The notes below the pieces were generated by a model. It was not told the origin of the DNA, did no database searches, and worked only from the letters and a program-made list of their open reading frames with translations. DNA of 64,000 nucleotides from a virus (Duplodnaviria; Caudoviricetes), in IMG/VR virus record IMGVR_UViG_2615840717_000004, positions 1 to 64,000 of that record; one strand, written 5' to 3'. The position numbers were made by a program, and so were the translations under genes. Shown piece after piece: positions 56,019 to 64,000 of the stretch. How positions within the stretch are numbered: the first letter of the stretch is position 1; the number at the start of each line of letters is the position of its first letter.

Positions 56019-57122
56019 CTACTGCTGTGTTCCGGTTCTACCGTTTCGATTTAGTCCGTCGCCAGTTAGGGCGGGCTTCTTGGTCGGGGTCTTGGGTTTG
56101 GCCCCTTCCCGTTTCCCTGCCCCGTCCTGCGGTTCTTTCACGCTCAAGGTCGTTGTTGCACCTCCACCCCTCGCGGCTTTATGTGTTCTGCTCTCTACCC
56201 GATACTTGCCATCAATGCCTTGCTTGATGCCTTCTACCGTGCAAAGGGCTTCCGCTTGTGCCTGAGGTTCAAAATTGATTGTGATCGACCCTGAAGCCTT
56301 CTCACGCTTGCTTTGACCTTCACGAGCTTTCAGAAGCTCTTTAGCTTGGTCTTCGTCTTTGACCGTGGAGCGAATGGCATTGAGCACTGGATCTGAGAAC
56401 GCGGGGTCTTCGATTTCCTCCTCTTTGTAGGGTCGTTTGACTTCGACTACCTTGCCTTTTTCCCTGTCCACATAGCGTACTGAACTACCTGTGAAGGCCC
56501 TACGCAGATCACGGGGTTTCAAACGCCAAGTGATGATGTTACCGGGATAGATGCACTTGAGCACAGGAAGCCCATTATCAGCACCCAGCGGCAGTAAAAC
56601 AGCCGTCTTGTCCCTGATCTTGAATGCCCCATTCAGCTCTTTTGCATAACGCTGGCCGATTGAATGGAAGCTCTCCCCATTAGCTGACCAGTAGTCGCGA
56701 AAAATCTCCTTAAATGCCGGGGCTACCTTGATGTTAAATCCGGCTTTCTTGGCAGCGCCCTGCAGAAACTCTTCAAGCGTTGCATCGTCCTTATGGAAGA
56801 AAAGCGGTTGCTTGACTGGGGAGCGTTCGTCGAAGCCCTTGGCCTTGATTGAGAGCTTTTGCCCGCCTGATCGATTGCTTGAAGAAACCGGCTGATCAGT
56901 AATCCCTTCAAAGACCTTTTTGCCTTCAAGGAGAACTGATAGCCGGTGACCTGCACTCGGCAACTTGATCTGCCCTGCGCGATCATCAAGGCTAAGACTA
57001 CAACTGTCTGAGCTGATCCCAGCCTTATCCGTCGCTGAAATGTTCATCAGATAGGGGCGAAGATCCTGCGAGATGTCATCGCCATTCAAGATGACTTTCC
57101 AATCTACAGTCCATTGGTTCAT
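56019..57122 (-). CDS. Phage late control / baseplate hub protein (gpD family)
   Basis: D.AG..SD...L.LDD motif; synteny. Confidence 0.85.
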   Translation of the reverse strand: MNQWTVDWKVILNGDDISQDLRPYLMNISATDKAGISSDSCSLSLDDRAGQIKLPSAGHRLSVLLEGKKVFEGITDQPVSSSNRSGGQKLSIKAKGFDERSPVKQPLFFHKDDATLEEFLQGAAKKAGFNIKVAPAFKEIFRDYWSANGESFHSIGQRYAKELNGAFKIRDKTAVLLPLGADNGLPVLKCIYPGNIITWRLKPRDLRRAFTGSSVRYVDREKGKVVEVKRPYKEEEIEDPAFSDPVLNAIRSTVKDEDQAKELLKAREGQSKREKASGSITINFEPQAQAEALCTVEGIKQGIDGKYRVESRTHKAARGGGATTTLSVKEPQDGAGKREGAKPKTPTKKPALTGDGLNRNGRTGTQQ

Positions 57123-57125
57123 GCG

Positions 57126-57350
57126 CTATCCAAACAAGTCTATTGTCGGCTCTGGTGTGATTGTGGATTCGGATGGCAGGTCAGGAATAAGCACCTCCCG
57201 GCCTGCTGTGAGCAATGCGCCCTCAGCAGCTATGCCAGGGTTAAGGCTAAGTGCATCGGTGATGAGATCTTGCCCCTTCCAGCCATGCACGCGCACAAGC
57301 AGCAGATCCAAGGTGATCCCTTCACCTGTAACGGTAATCTTGGTGGACAT
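57126..57350 (-). CDS. Tail protein X
   Basis: TLDLL...LNPG.A motif. Confidence 0.85.
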   Translation of the reverse strand: MSTKITVTGEGITLDLLLVRVHGWKGQDLITDALSLNPGIAAEGALLTAGREVLIPDLPSESTITPEPTIDLFG

Positions 57351-57359
57351 GGCCGCCCC

Positions 57360-57794
57360 TTAAAGCAGGTCGAAAACAGAAATCAGATCTGGAATGAGAT
57401 CAGCAGAAGTCGGAGTTTCATCCGGCAACTGCTCAAGCCCAATCTGATAGGAGATCACAAAAGGAACGCCGTCCCATTCCAGCTCTTTGTGAGTTTGCTT
57501 TGAGGACTTGATAAAGTAGTTCCCCATCGGTTTGCCATCGCCACGCATAACCGGAAAGACCTGTCCAGTCCGCCGCATTTGATCGGCTATCTCAAGCTCA
57601 GTAAGGCCACCTATGCGGATGGGAAGCAGCTGGCCTGAAAGGTTGATGGTTTTGCCGCCATCCCCCATGAACTCACCGGGCTTTATCCCGCCCATAACTG
57701 GCTTCTTCGCCCAATCTGCCTTTGCGGAGATGGACACCTGATCCACGTTGAATGGAAAGGTGTCCATCTGCAAAGCTCCAAGAATGTAAAGCAT
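57360..57794 (-). CDS. Tail protein (gpU family)
   Basis: LSGQL.P, MRGDG..MG motifs. Confidence 0.85.
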   Translation of the reverse strand: MLYILGALQMDTFPFNVDQVSISAKADWAKKPVMGGIKPGEFMGDGGKTINLSGQLLPIRIGGLTELEIADQMRRTGQVFPVMRGDGKPMGNYFIKSSKQTHKELEWDGVPFVISYQIGLEQLPDETPTSADLIPDLISVFDLL

Positions 57795-60073
57795 TAGCGC
57801 ACCGCATATTCTCGGTCTGCATGAAGTCCGGACATCCGATCTTCGACCTGTTCAACAAATCCTTCGACCATCTCAGACGCACTGCTTGCCGCGTCTACAT
57901 AAAACGGCCCGAAATAATAATGAGTTTCACCTGAAGATAAGTCCGAGCCGCCACCGCCGAGCATCTTTGCACTCTCTGAAGCGGTGTGGACGTATCCGGA
58001 CTGGCTTGGTGTCACCAGTTCTGCGCCATTCTCTCCAACCAGATAGTTGCGACCACCCACAATCTGCCCGCCCAAAGCGCGTGCGCCAGCAATTTGTGGC
58101 ACCTTCAAACCAGAACCAGCAGAAGGTTTGGGGATTGGAACTGCGAGGATTTGGTTTGCTTTGGTTTGAAGGGCTTCCGCCACCTTAGCGTCAGCAACTC
58201 CATTTGCAGTCTGCGCAAGCTCTGCATTGAGCGCCTTCAACTGCTCGACAATTTCCTCACGGTCTGTCTGCAGGCCGCGCTTGGTTTGCCTTTCGCTTCG
58301 GCTGTCACCCAACTCAGCAATCTGGCTATCGATTAGTGCCAGGTCTTGCTTAAGAGCCTCAACAAGCACATTCCCTTTTTCGACTGGCCCTTTGCGCACC
58401 CCGATGAGGTCTTCAAGCCATTGGTTCATTGCCTCACCGTTGGCGGCTCCAGCATCAAACCTGTTCTGGGCGTATTGAGCTCTATCTTTCCAGCTCATTC
58501 CCCATGTATTGATTGAGTGCTCAAACTCATTGAGGATCAAACCCACCAAATTCAGGCTTGCTGCACCTTTCAACAGCTTGCCAGCCTTCAACCCTTTGAT
58601 ATTAGATTTTCCGCCTCCGTTATCGTTGGCGGCGGCTGGCATTTTACGGGATACCTGAGGAACACCGGCTTTCTTAACTGAAGAAGGTTTAGCGCCTGCC
58701 GGGCCTGCGACCCGTTTTGTCTTACCAGCACGACGACTTCCAAGACCGGGCAACTTTGATAGCTTGCGAAATGCCTTAAAGATCCCAGCTGCAAGGTCCC
58801 AAGTCACAGATTTCAAAAGCAAGAAAGCATATCTTAGGCCAGCTAAGGCAATCAAAATACCAAGCGCAACGCTGCCCCATTTAATAAGCTCAGATAGAAT
58901 TTTCGGGTTTTCTTCGGCCCATTTTGTGAACGCTTGAATTTGGGGTCCTAAGGCATCAGTCAAATCATTGATTACCGGCAGGAGACTATCGCCAATCGCA
59001 ATTGAAGCAGCTTCAATCTTGTTTTGGAACACCTGAAGTTGAGCCGCTGAGGTTCTCGAACGTTCCTCGAACTCAGCCTGAGATGAGCCAAGGAACTGAG
59101 CCTTTGAAGCGACTGATCCCAATGCGTTATCCAGTAGCTCTGCATTCTCAATCAAAGGTGCGATTGCACGGGCTTCATCTCCAAACAGATCAGAGATGAC
59201 GGAGGTTTGTAGTTCCTTAGGCAGCTCTCTGATTTGCCCAATGACAGTCTTAAGCGTGCCTACAGCGTCCTTTTGCAGGTTCTTGGATACCTTTACTGCA
59301 TCCAGTCCCAAGCGCTTGTAGGCCTTGTGTTGGCGCTTTGTTGACCCCTCACCTCGTGCTAATGCCTTGCCAGCATTTCGGAAGCTGGTGGCCGCGACAT
59401 CAGCTTGTGCGCCTGACGCGATCATTGCAGAGCCAATAGCTGCTGTTTGCTCCGCGGTGAAACCATACTGCTTACCTACTGAGCCAACGCGGCGCATGAA
59501 GTCGAGCAGATCAGGAGCAGAACTTGCAGAGGTGTTTGACAGATGGTTGATTGCATCTGCCAGCTCGCCAGTTTCGCTCACGGTCAACCCGAGTGCCGTC
59601 TTGATCTTGGCAAGGCTTTCACCTGCGGTGCCGGCACTCACATCAAAAGCAACACCGACCTTCGCTGCCATCTCTGCAAACTGGGTCAGCTCATCCCCGG
59701 CCATACCGGCCTGACCGGCTGCGGCGACAATGTCTGCAATCTGAGAAGCAGTCATTGGCATGCGAGTGGACATATCGATGATGTCCTTGCGCATCTTTTT
59801 GAAGCCTTCAGGACTATCGAAATCAACGACCTTCTTCACGTCCGACATAGCGGACTCGAACTCTATTGCAGACTTCACCGGGGCAGCAATGGAGCGGGCC
59901 AGAATATAGCCCGTTCCGACTGCGCCAAGCATCTGCCCCTGCATCCGGTTCAGCTCGCGCCTATTGCGATCAGCTGAGGCCTGCATCCCCTTCATGGAGT
60001 TGGCGATAGCTCGCGCAGGACCGCTTGCCCGGTCAAGAACTGAAATGACCAGCTTGGAGGTTAAAACACCCAT
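57794..60073 (-). CDS. Tail tape measure protein
   Basis: FESAMSDVKKVVDF, ADAINHLSN, LFGDEA motifs. Confidence 0.92.
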   Translation of the reverse strand: MGVLTSKLVISVLDRASGPARAIANSMKGMQASADRNRRELNRMQGQMLGAVGTGYILARSIAAPVKSAIEFESAMSDVKKVVDFDSPEGFKKMRKDIIDMSTRMPMTASQIADIVAAAGQAGMAGDELTQFAEMAAKVGVAFDVSAGTAGESLAKIKTALGLTVSETGELADAINHLSNTSASSAPDLLDFMRRVGSVGKQYGFTAEQTAAIGSAMIASGAQADVAATSFRNAGKALARGEGSTKRQHKAYKRLGLDAVKVSKNLQKDAVGTLKTVIGQIRELPKELQTSVISDLFGDEARAIAPLIENAELLDNALGSVASKAQFLGSSQAEFEERSRTSAAQLQVFQNKIEAASIAIGDSLLPVINDLTDALGPQIQAFTKWAEENPKILSELIKWGSVALGILIALAGLRYAFLLLKSVTWDLAAGIFKAFRKLSKLPGLGSRRAGKTKRVAGPAGAKPSSVKKAGVPQVSRKMPAAANDNGGGKSNIKGLKAGKLLKGAASLNLVGLILNEFEHSINTWGMSWKDRAQYAQNRFDAGAANGEAMNQWLEDLIGVRKGPVEKGNVLVEALKQDLALIDSQIAELGDSRSERQTKRGLQTDREEIVEQLKALNAELAQTANGVADAKVAEALQTKANQILAVPIPKPSAGSGLKVPQIAGARALGGQIVGGRNYLVGENGAELVTPSQSGYVHTASESAKMLGGGGSDLSSGETHYYFGPFYVDAASSASEMVEGFVEQVEDRMSGLHADREYAVR

Positions 60074-60237
60074 GACATTCTACCGATTTGGAGGGGGAGC
60101 ATTTTCTGCCTTAAGCACGCGCCCAAGGCTGGAAACTGTTTCAAGAAAGAAATCAATCTCCCAGTTCATGACCACATCAACTGGTGTGTGGAGCCTGCGC
60201 GAAACAGCGACAATCAAGTCTCGAGAATGGGGGGCGT

Positions 60238-60549
60238 CTACCCCTCCAGATACTCGTCCCGAGCGTCCAGTTGCTTCAGCGCCAAGATTCCCTGCTTTCC
60301 CATCAAGGGAGCAGCACCCCGCGTAGCTTTGTCGAGGTCTTCGATATCGAGACGTTCGATCACATCCAGATCAACGCCTGCCAGCTCTGCCAGAAGTGCA
60401 AAACCTGCCTTCTGCTCGTTTGTGTGCTTCTCCCCGATCAGAGTGTCACCGGCGCGCATGCGGCGGAAACTCAGAGAGGTGACTTCGCGCCCGTCATGTT
60501 CAAAGGGGTAATCCAGCTGCACCGTTGCTTTGGTTGCTTTCTCAGTCAA
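60238..60549 (-). CDS. Tail assembly chaperone; -1 frameshift form ends at 60080
   Basis: L.YP....G.....L.FRR...GD motif. Confidence 0.88.
   Translation of the reverse strand: MTEKATKATVQLDYPFEHDGREVTSLSFRRMRAGDTLIGEKHTNEQKAGFALLAELAGVDLDVIERLDIEDLDKATRGAAPLMGKQGILALKQLDARDEYLEG
60295..60301 (-). other. -1 frameshift heptamer G GGA AAG
   Basis: Same heptamer as the lambda G/T site, correct phase; -1 frame open to TAG at 60080-60082. Confidence 0.8.
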
Positions 60550-60625
60550 TTTTCCACGTCCTTAAAGCAAAAGAGCCCCCAGCGATGCTGAAGGCTCTAA
60601 GAGTTATGATAATTGGTTGTGCGAC

Positions 60626-61135
60626 TTAGATACCGAGCGCTCGCTTGCGTTCGCCATCTGTTGGATCTGGCCGTATTTCACGTTCCCAGAAATCCCAATA
60701 GAACAGCTCTTTGCCATCTAGGATGAGCTCAACGTGAGTGACTTCCTTGAATGCCAGGTTGCAGCCTTGCAGATCGTCGGCGCCCATTTCATCGGGTTCC
60801 CACTCCATGAGAGTAGCGTGAATGAAGCCGCGGACGGGAAGCCAAATATTCCCCGGCATCTGGCGATAGTTGCCAGCGAAAACCCACTCTTCGTGTTTTC
60901 CGAGTTTTTCAAGCAGCTTCCCATCAAGCCCTTTGTGTTCAGCTTTGGGTTCAAAGGCTTCGGTGCGCGGCTTACCGAAGTCTACTGCTCCGATACCCCC
61001 GCCGGGATTGTGGTTGACCGTTGTGTATTTGAAAGCGGGCAGAACAAGCTTGCTCAGAATGTTTGCGCGGGAGTCTTCCGGTTCACTGACCAAGCGCAGG
61101 TCAATGTCACCATTAATCAGCATAGGGCGCTGCAT
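60626..61135 (-). CDS. Major tail tube protein
   Basis: 169 aa after the sheath; LP......H.PGGG motif. Confidence 0.85.
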   Translation of the reverse strand: MQRPMLINGDIDLRLVSEPEDSRANILSKLVLPAFKYTTVNHNPGGGIGAVDFGKPRTEAFEPKAEHKGLDGKLLEKLGKHEEWVFAGNYRQMPGNIWLPVRGFIHATLMEWEPDEMGADDLQGCNLAFKEVTHVELILDGKELFYWDFWEREIRPDPTDGERKRALGI

Positions 61136-61158
61136 GTGGGGTTCTCCAGTTAAGGGGA

Positions 61159-62391
61159 TTAAACAACAGCGCGCAAACGCGCCAGAATGTCTTTGATCAG
61201 GCCTTCAGTTGCAGGGCGATAGCGGCGCAGCTCAAAGTCAGCACGCTTGAAGGCACTTGCAGTTTCCTGACCAAGCTCAAGCTTGATGTGACCAAGCTCG
61301 ATGGACTCAGGCTGGTTCTTATCGGTAGTGAACATCTCGGAGGCAGGCGTATAGCCAAGGATATGCCCATCCTGTTTAAGCCCGCGCAACTCACCGATTA
61401 TTTCACGGATCCAGCTTTCAACCCGTGGTGCTGTCTGCTTCTTGCCCAAGTGGCGCCGGGTGATCTTCATCATCTGTGTGACGATGTAGTCAGAGCCGCG
61501 CAACTGGTGCAGCTGTGGCCACATCGCGTCGGTCTGCGCCATGTCTGTGCCAAGGAAGGTAAAGCCACCATCAGCAACCGCGCCATAAACGCCAATCTCA
61601 CCTTCTGCAGCAATCGCAATATCAGCAGCAAGCAATCGCTGCCCTTCCTTGGAACCATCAAGGAAGTTAAACGGGATCTTCCGCGATAGACCGGCAAGAC
61701 CAAAGATTGGTTGATTACAGATCGTCTCGAACGGCATGTTGCCGTTGTTGGTGTCGGTCCGAACAATCAAGCCAGCCACACGTGAGGCCATGGGACGGGT
61801 TACAACAGCATCCCCTTCCCAGACACGCGCAGCCACACCAACCGGCATCAAACGGCCTGATGCCATGGTTTCACGGGCGTCAATAGCGTTATCTGCACTC
61901 GTAGGGTCTACATCGACTGGTGCCACTGCAAGGATCTTGCCGATGTTAGCTTCAAGCGCAGCAACCACCGGGTTGACAGTGTCCAGATCAGGGCGCCATG
62001 CAGTTGAACCTGCGACCACAATGCCGGGTGTTGCGTTGACCGCTGAGGGGATTTCCGTGATGTTGTTGATGATGCTAACGATCGCAGCCGCACTCGCCTC
62101 AGGGGTTGCCCCCTTTTCGGTTCGCACGATTGTAACATCAGCAGCTCGATCAAGTTCATTGAGCTGATCCTGAATGCCCCGAATGTGATCCCGCAAAGGA
62201 CCGGAGCCAAGAGCTGAAACCGCGTCTTTGTCGCTGGAAGAGATGCGCTTTGCTGTATCAAGCGGAAATTCCGTGTCTGAAGCATCATCAGAGCTCTCGA
62301 TCACCACGACCTTTGATAGGTCGCCTTCTGAAACCGGATACGGATCATCCGATTTGTAAGAGAACTGCATGCCGATTGTGGGCGCGCTCAT
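61159..62391 (-). CDS. Tail sheath protein
   Basis: 410 aa, FPL, VAG...RTD, synteny. Confidence 0.85.
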   Translation of the reverse strand: MSAPTIGMQFSYKSDDPYPVSEGDLSKVVVIESSDDASDTEFPLDTAKRISSSDKDAVSALGSGPLRDHIRGIQDQLNELDRAADVTIVRTEKGATPEASAAAIVSIINNITEIPSAVNATPGIVVAGSTAWRPDLDTVNPVVAALEANIGKILAVAPVDVDPTSADNAIDARETMASGRLMPVGVAARVWEGDAVVTRPMASRVAGLIVRTDTNNGNMPFETICNQPIFGLAGLSRKIPFNFLDGSKEGQRLLAADIAIAAEGEIGVYGAVADGGFTFLGTDMAQTDAMWPQLHQLRGSDYIVTQMMKITRRHLGKKQTAPRVESWIREIIGELRGLKQDGHILGYTPASEMFTTDKNQPESIELGHIKLELGQETASAFKRADFELRRYRPATEGLIKDILARLRAVV

Positions 62392-62406
62392 AGATATTTC
62401 TCCATG

Positions 62407-62438
62407 AAAAAACCCGCTCCGGTTATGCCGTGCGGGTG
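62407..62438 (-). terminator. Terminator-like hairpin just upstream of the sheath RBS
   Basis: ACCCGC..GCGGGT followed by a T run. Confidence 0.6.
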
Positions 62439-62467
62439 GGTTAAGTCTTAAAGGGTTTGGGGACTGG

Positions 62468-63040
62468 CTAGGTCAGTTCAGCCAGAGCCACAGGTAGGGT
62501 TTTACTCAGATCCCAAAGGGCGTCCTGTGACGGGTCAGGGATTGGATCAAGCTGCTGGATCTCGGCAGAGCGGGTAACGATGCCAGCGCGGTACTTAATG
62601 GCCGCGTGATAAAGCGCCTGCACCTTCTCTTGAGTTTCAAGCACCAGCAAAACGCCTTCGGCTGTACATGCTTTCACTTGGGAGGCTTCCGGCAATCCCG
62701 CTCCGAACCCATCAAGCATCTCTCTGAGGCGACTGACTGACGCTTGATCTGTTTTGAACTGGTGGCCGTTGATCTGAGTACCTTGTTCAATGCGGCGCTC
62801 AGCTTCATCTGATACAATTTGACGATAAAGCTGGCTGCCATTTGAGGTGTTGTCACCTGTGACCTCCAAGCGCTCTTCATCAATCTCCTGCTGAAGCCAA
62901 CCGGACCACAACGTATCTTTGGCAGAATACCAAGTGTGTGTAACGTCCTCACCAGAGATCAATAATAGCGTGGCGAGGTAGGCCTCACCACTTCGCACAA
63001 CAGAGATGACATCTTCAATATCCGTAGGTTTATTGATCAT
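62468..63040 (-). CDS. Tail fibre assembly-type protein
   Basis: 190 aa after the fibre gene; EA.RRI..G pattern. Confidence 0.6.
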   Translation of the reverse strand: MINKPTDIEDVISVVRSGEAYLATLLLISGEDVTHTWYSAKDTLWSGWLQQEIDEERLEVTGDNTSNGSQLYRQIVSDEAERRIEQGTQINGHQFKTDQASVSRLREMLDGFGAGLPEASQVKACTAEGVLLVLETQEKVQALYHAAIKYRAGIVTRSAEIQQLDPIPDPSQDALWDLSKTLPVALAELT

Positions 63041-64000
63041 TATGCGATCCTCTGGAAGTTGTAGACATAATTGCCACTGCCCCAGTCACCGGACATTCCT
63101 CGGCAAGCCCAGGTGCCAATAAGTGCAGAACCGCCTCCAGTAGTGCTGTAGTACCTCGTGTCGGTGCCAAGCCGAACGGTATATGCCTTGTTTCGCTGCA
63201 GGTAAGTGTTAGTAGGTGCAGCAACCGCAATGATTGTCCCTATGGGAAAATTCAAGTTGTTGGCGTTTGACCCTTCATAGACACTACCGATCCCAACAGC
63301 TGCTGCTTTCTCAACAAGGTTCCCTTCATGGATAGCTTCATCCTTACTGGGGCCAATGAATATTTTATCGCCGCTGACTTGCAGTGACAGGTCATTCCTG
63401 AAAATTGCCGCCACTTGTGGAGCTGTTTGGCCGTTTGGTGTCACCGCCACACGCGCTTCGGTGCCAAACTGGTCCGGACCGTGATCTTGAGTTGCCAGCC
63501 ACACCAACATGCCTTTAGTCGCACCAAAGCTTCCAATCCAAGGCCGCGCACGCACAGAAGCAATTAAGTCTCCATATTTAAGATACTCAGGGTTTGCTTT
63601 TGAGCCTCTTGCGATACCCAGAACAAGCGCAGAGCCATGATCGACACCACCATACCCAAAAGCCTCCCAGCTGCCATGTCCGCCATCGACTGAGCAATAC
63701 TGTCTTGCGGCAAATGTATTTGAGATATTCCATCCAGCTTTCGTTGCGATTGACGAGATAAGAGCAGCAATTTCACTGTCGTTGTCTAACAAGGCTTCTG
63801 ACAGTTCTTTGAGAGTATCCAACTGTGCTTTGGTTGCACCGCCCATGACAACAGCTACCGCCGCATCGCGTGTAGCATCTAGATCACTTTGCAGGCCTGC
63901 AACACTCACCTTTTCTGCAAGTAGGTTATTTATCTCGGCAACAGAATATCCTCGACCACCAAAACCCCAGGCACCGCCAACCTTTTGCAAAACTGAGCCA
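63040..64000 (-). CDS. Tail fibre protein, C-terminal part (5' end outside window)
   Basis: LDTLKEL..AL motif; C-terminal GTW.CRG...FQRIA. Confidence 0.8.
   Translation of the reverse strand, partial: GSVLQKVGGAWGFGGRGYSVAEINNLLAEKVSVAGLQSDLDATRDAAVAVVMGGATKAQLDTLKELSEALLDNDSEIAALISSIATKAGWNISNTFAARQYCSVDGGHGSWEAFGYGGVDHGSALVLGIARGSKANPEYLKYGDLIASVRARPWIGSFGATKGMLVWLATQDHGPDQFGTEARVAVTPNGQTAPQVAAIFRNDLSLQVSGDKIFIGPSKDEAIHEGNLVEKAAAVGIGSVYEGSNANNLNFPIGTIIAVAAPTNTYLQRNKAYTVRLGTDTRYYSTTGGGSALIGTWACRGMSGDWGSGNYVYNFQRIA

Larger units (their letters stand above)
48857..64000 (-). mobile_element. Prophage 2, distal part (tail, lysis, cargo); continues beyond window
   Basis: Second set of sheath/tube/TMP/U/X/D genes and a lysozyme-spanin cassette in the same orientation; left boundary inferred from the att core. 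Confidence 0.8.

Overview
The window looks alphaproteobacterial (codon style and cargo suggest a marine Pseudovibrio-like host; not certain). It is almost entirely two temperate contractile-tail prophages in tandem, both running on the - strand. They are joined at a 21-bp tRNA 3'-end fragment (att core, 48857-48877). Prophage 1 (<=1 to ~48.9 kb) is nearly complete: integrase, CI/Cro switch, early operon, primase/helicase with iteron origin, lambda-type head, P2-type tail, lysis cassette, and distal cargo including an REase-STAND ATPase. Only the tail, lysis and cargo end of prophage 2 (~48.9 kb to >64 kb) is visible. The most striking feature is in the early operon of prophage 1 (36.2-43.0 kb). 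Six cargo genes are inserted on the opposite (+) strand, and each block is spanned by a long, stop-free, codon-in-register antisense ORF (364, 1082 and 575 aa). Each of these ORFs has its own Shine-Dalgarno and exact start/stop overlaps (GTGA, TGATG, ATGA) with both neighbours, so the translational-coupling chain is unbroken from 44009 to 33146. Two of them end in an SsrA-tag-like NDN...AA sequence. The third reads in frame through a C4-type antisense RNA switch into the gene upstream of an antirepressor. Prophage 1 also carries two paralogous C4/CI-like antisense RNA-antirepressor modules with different recognition sequences. Product calls rest on motif recognition and synteny only; no searches were run.
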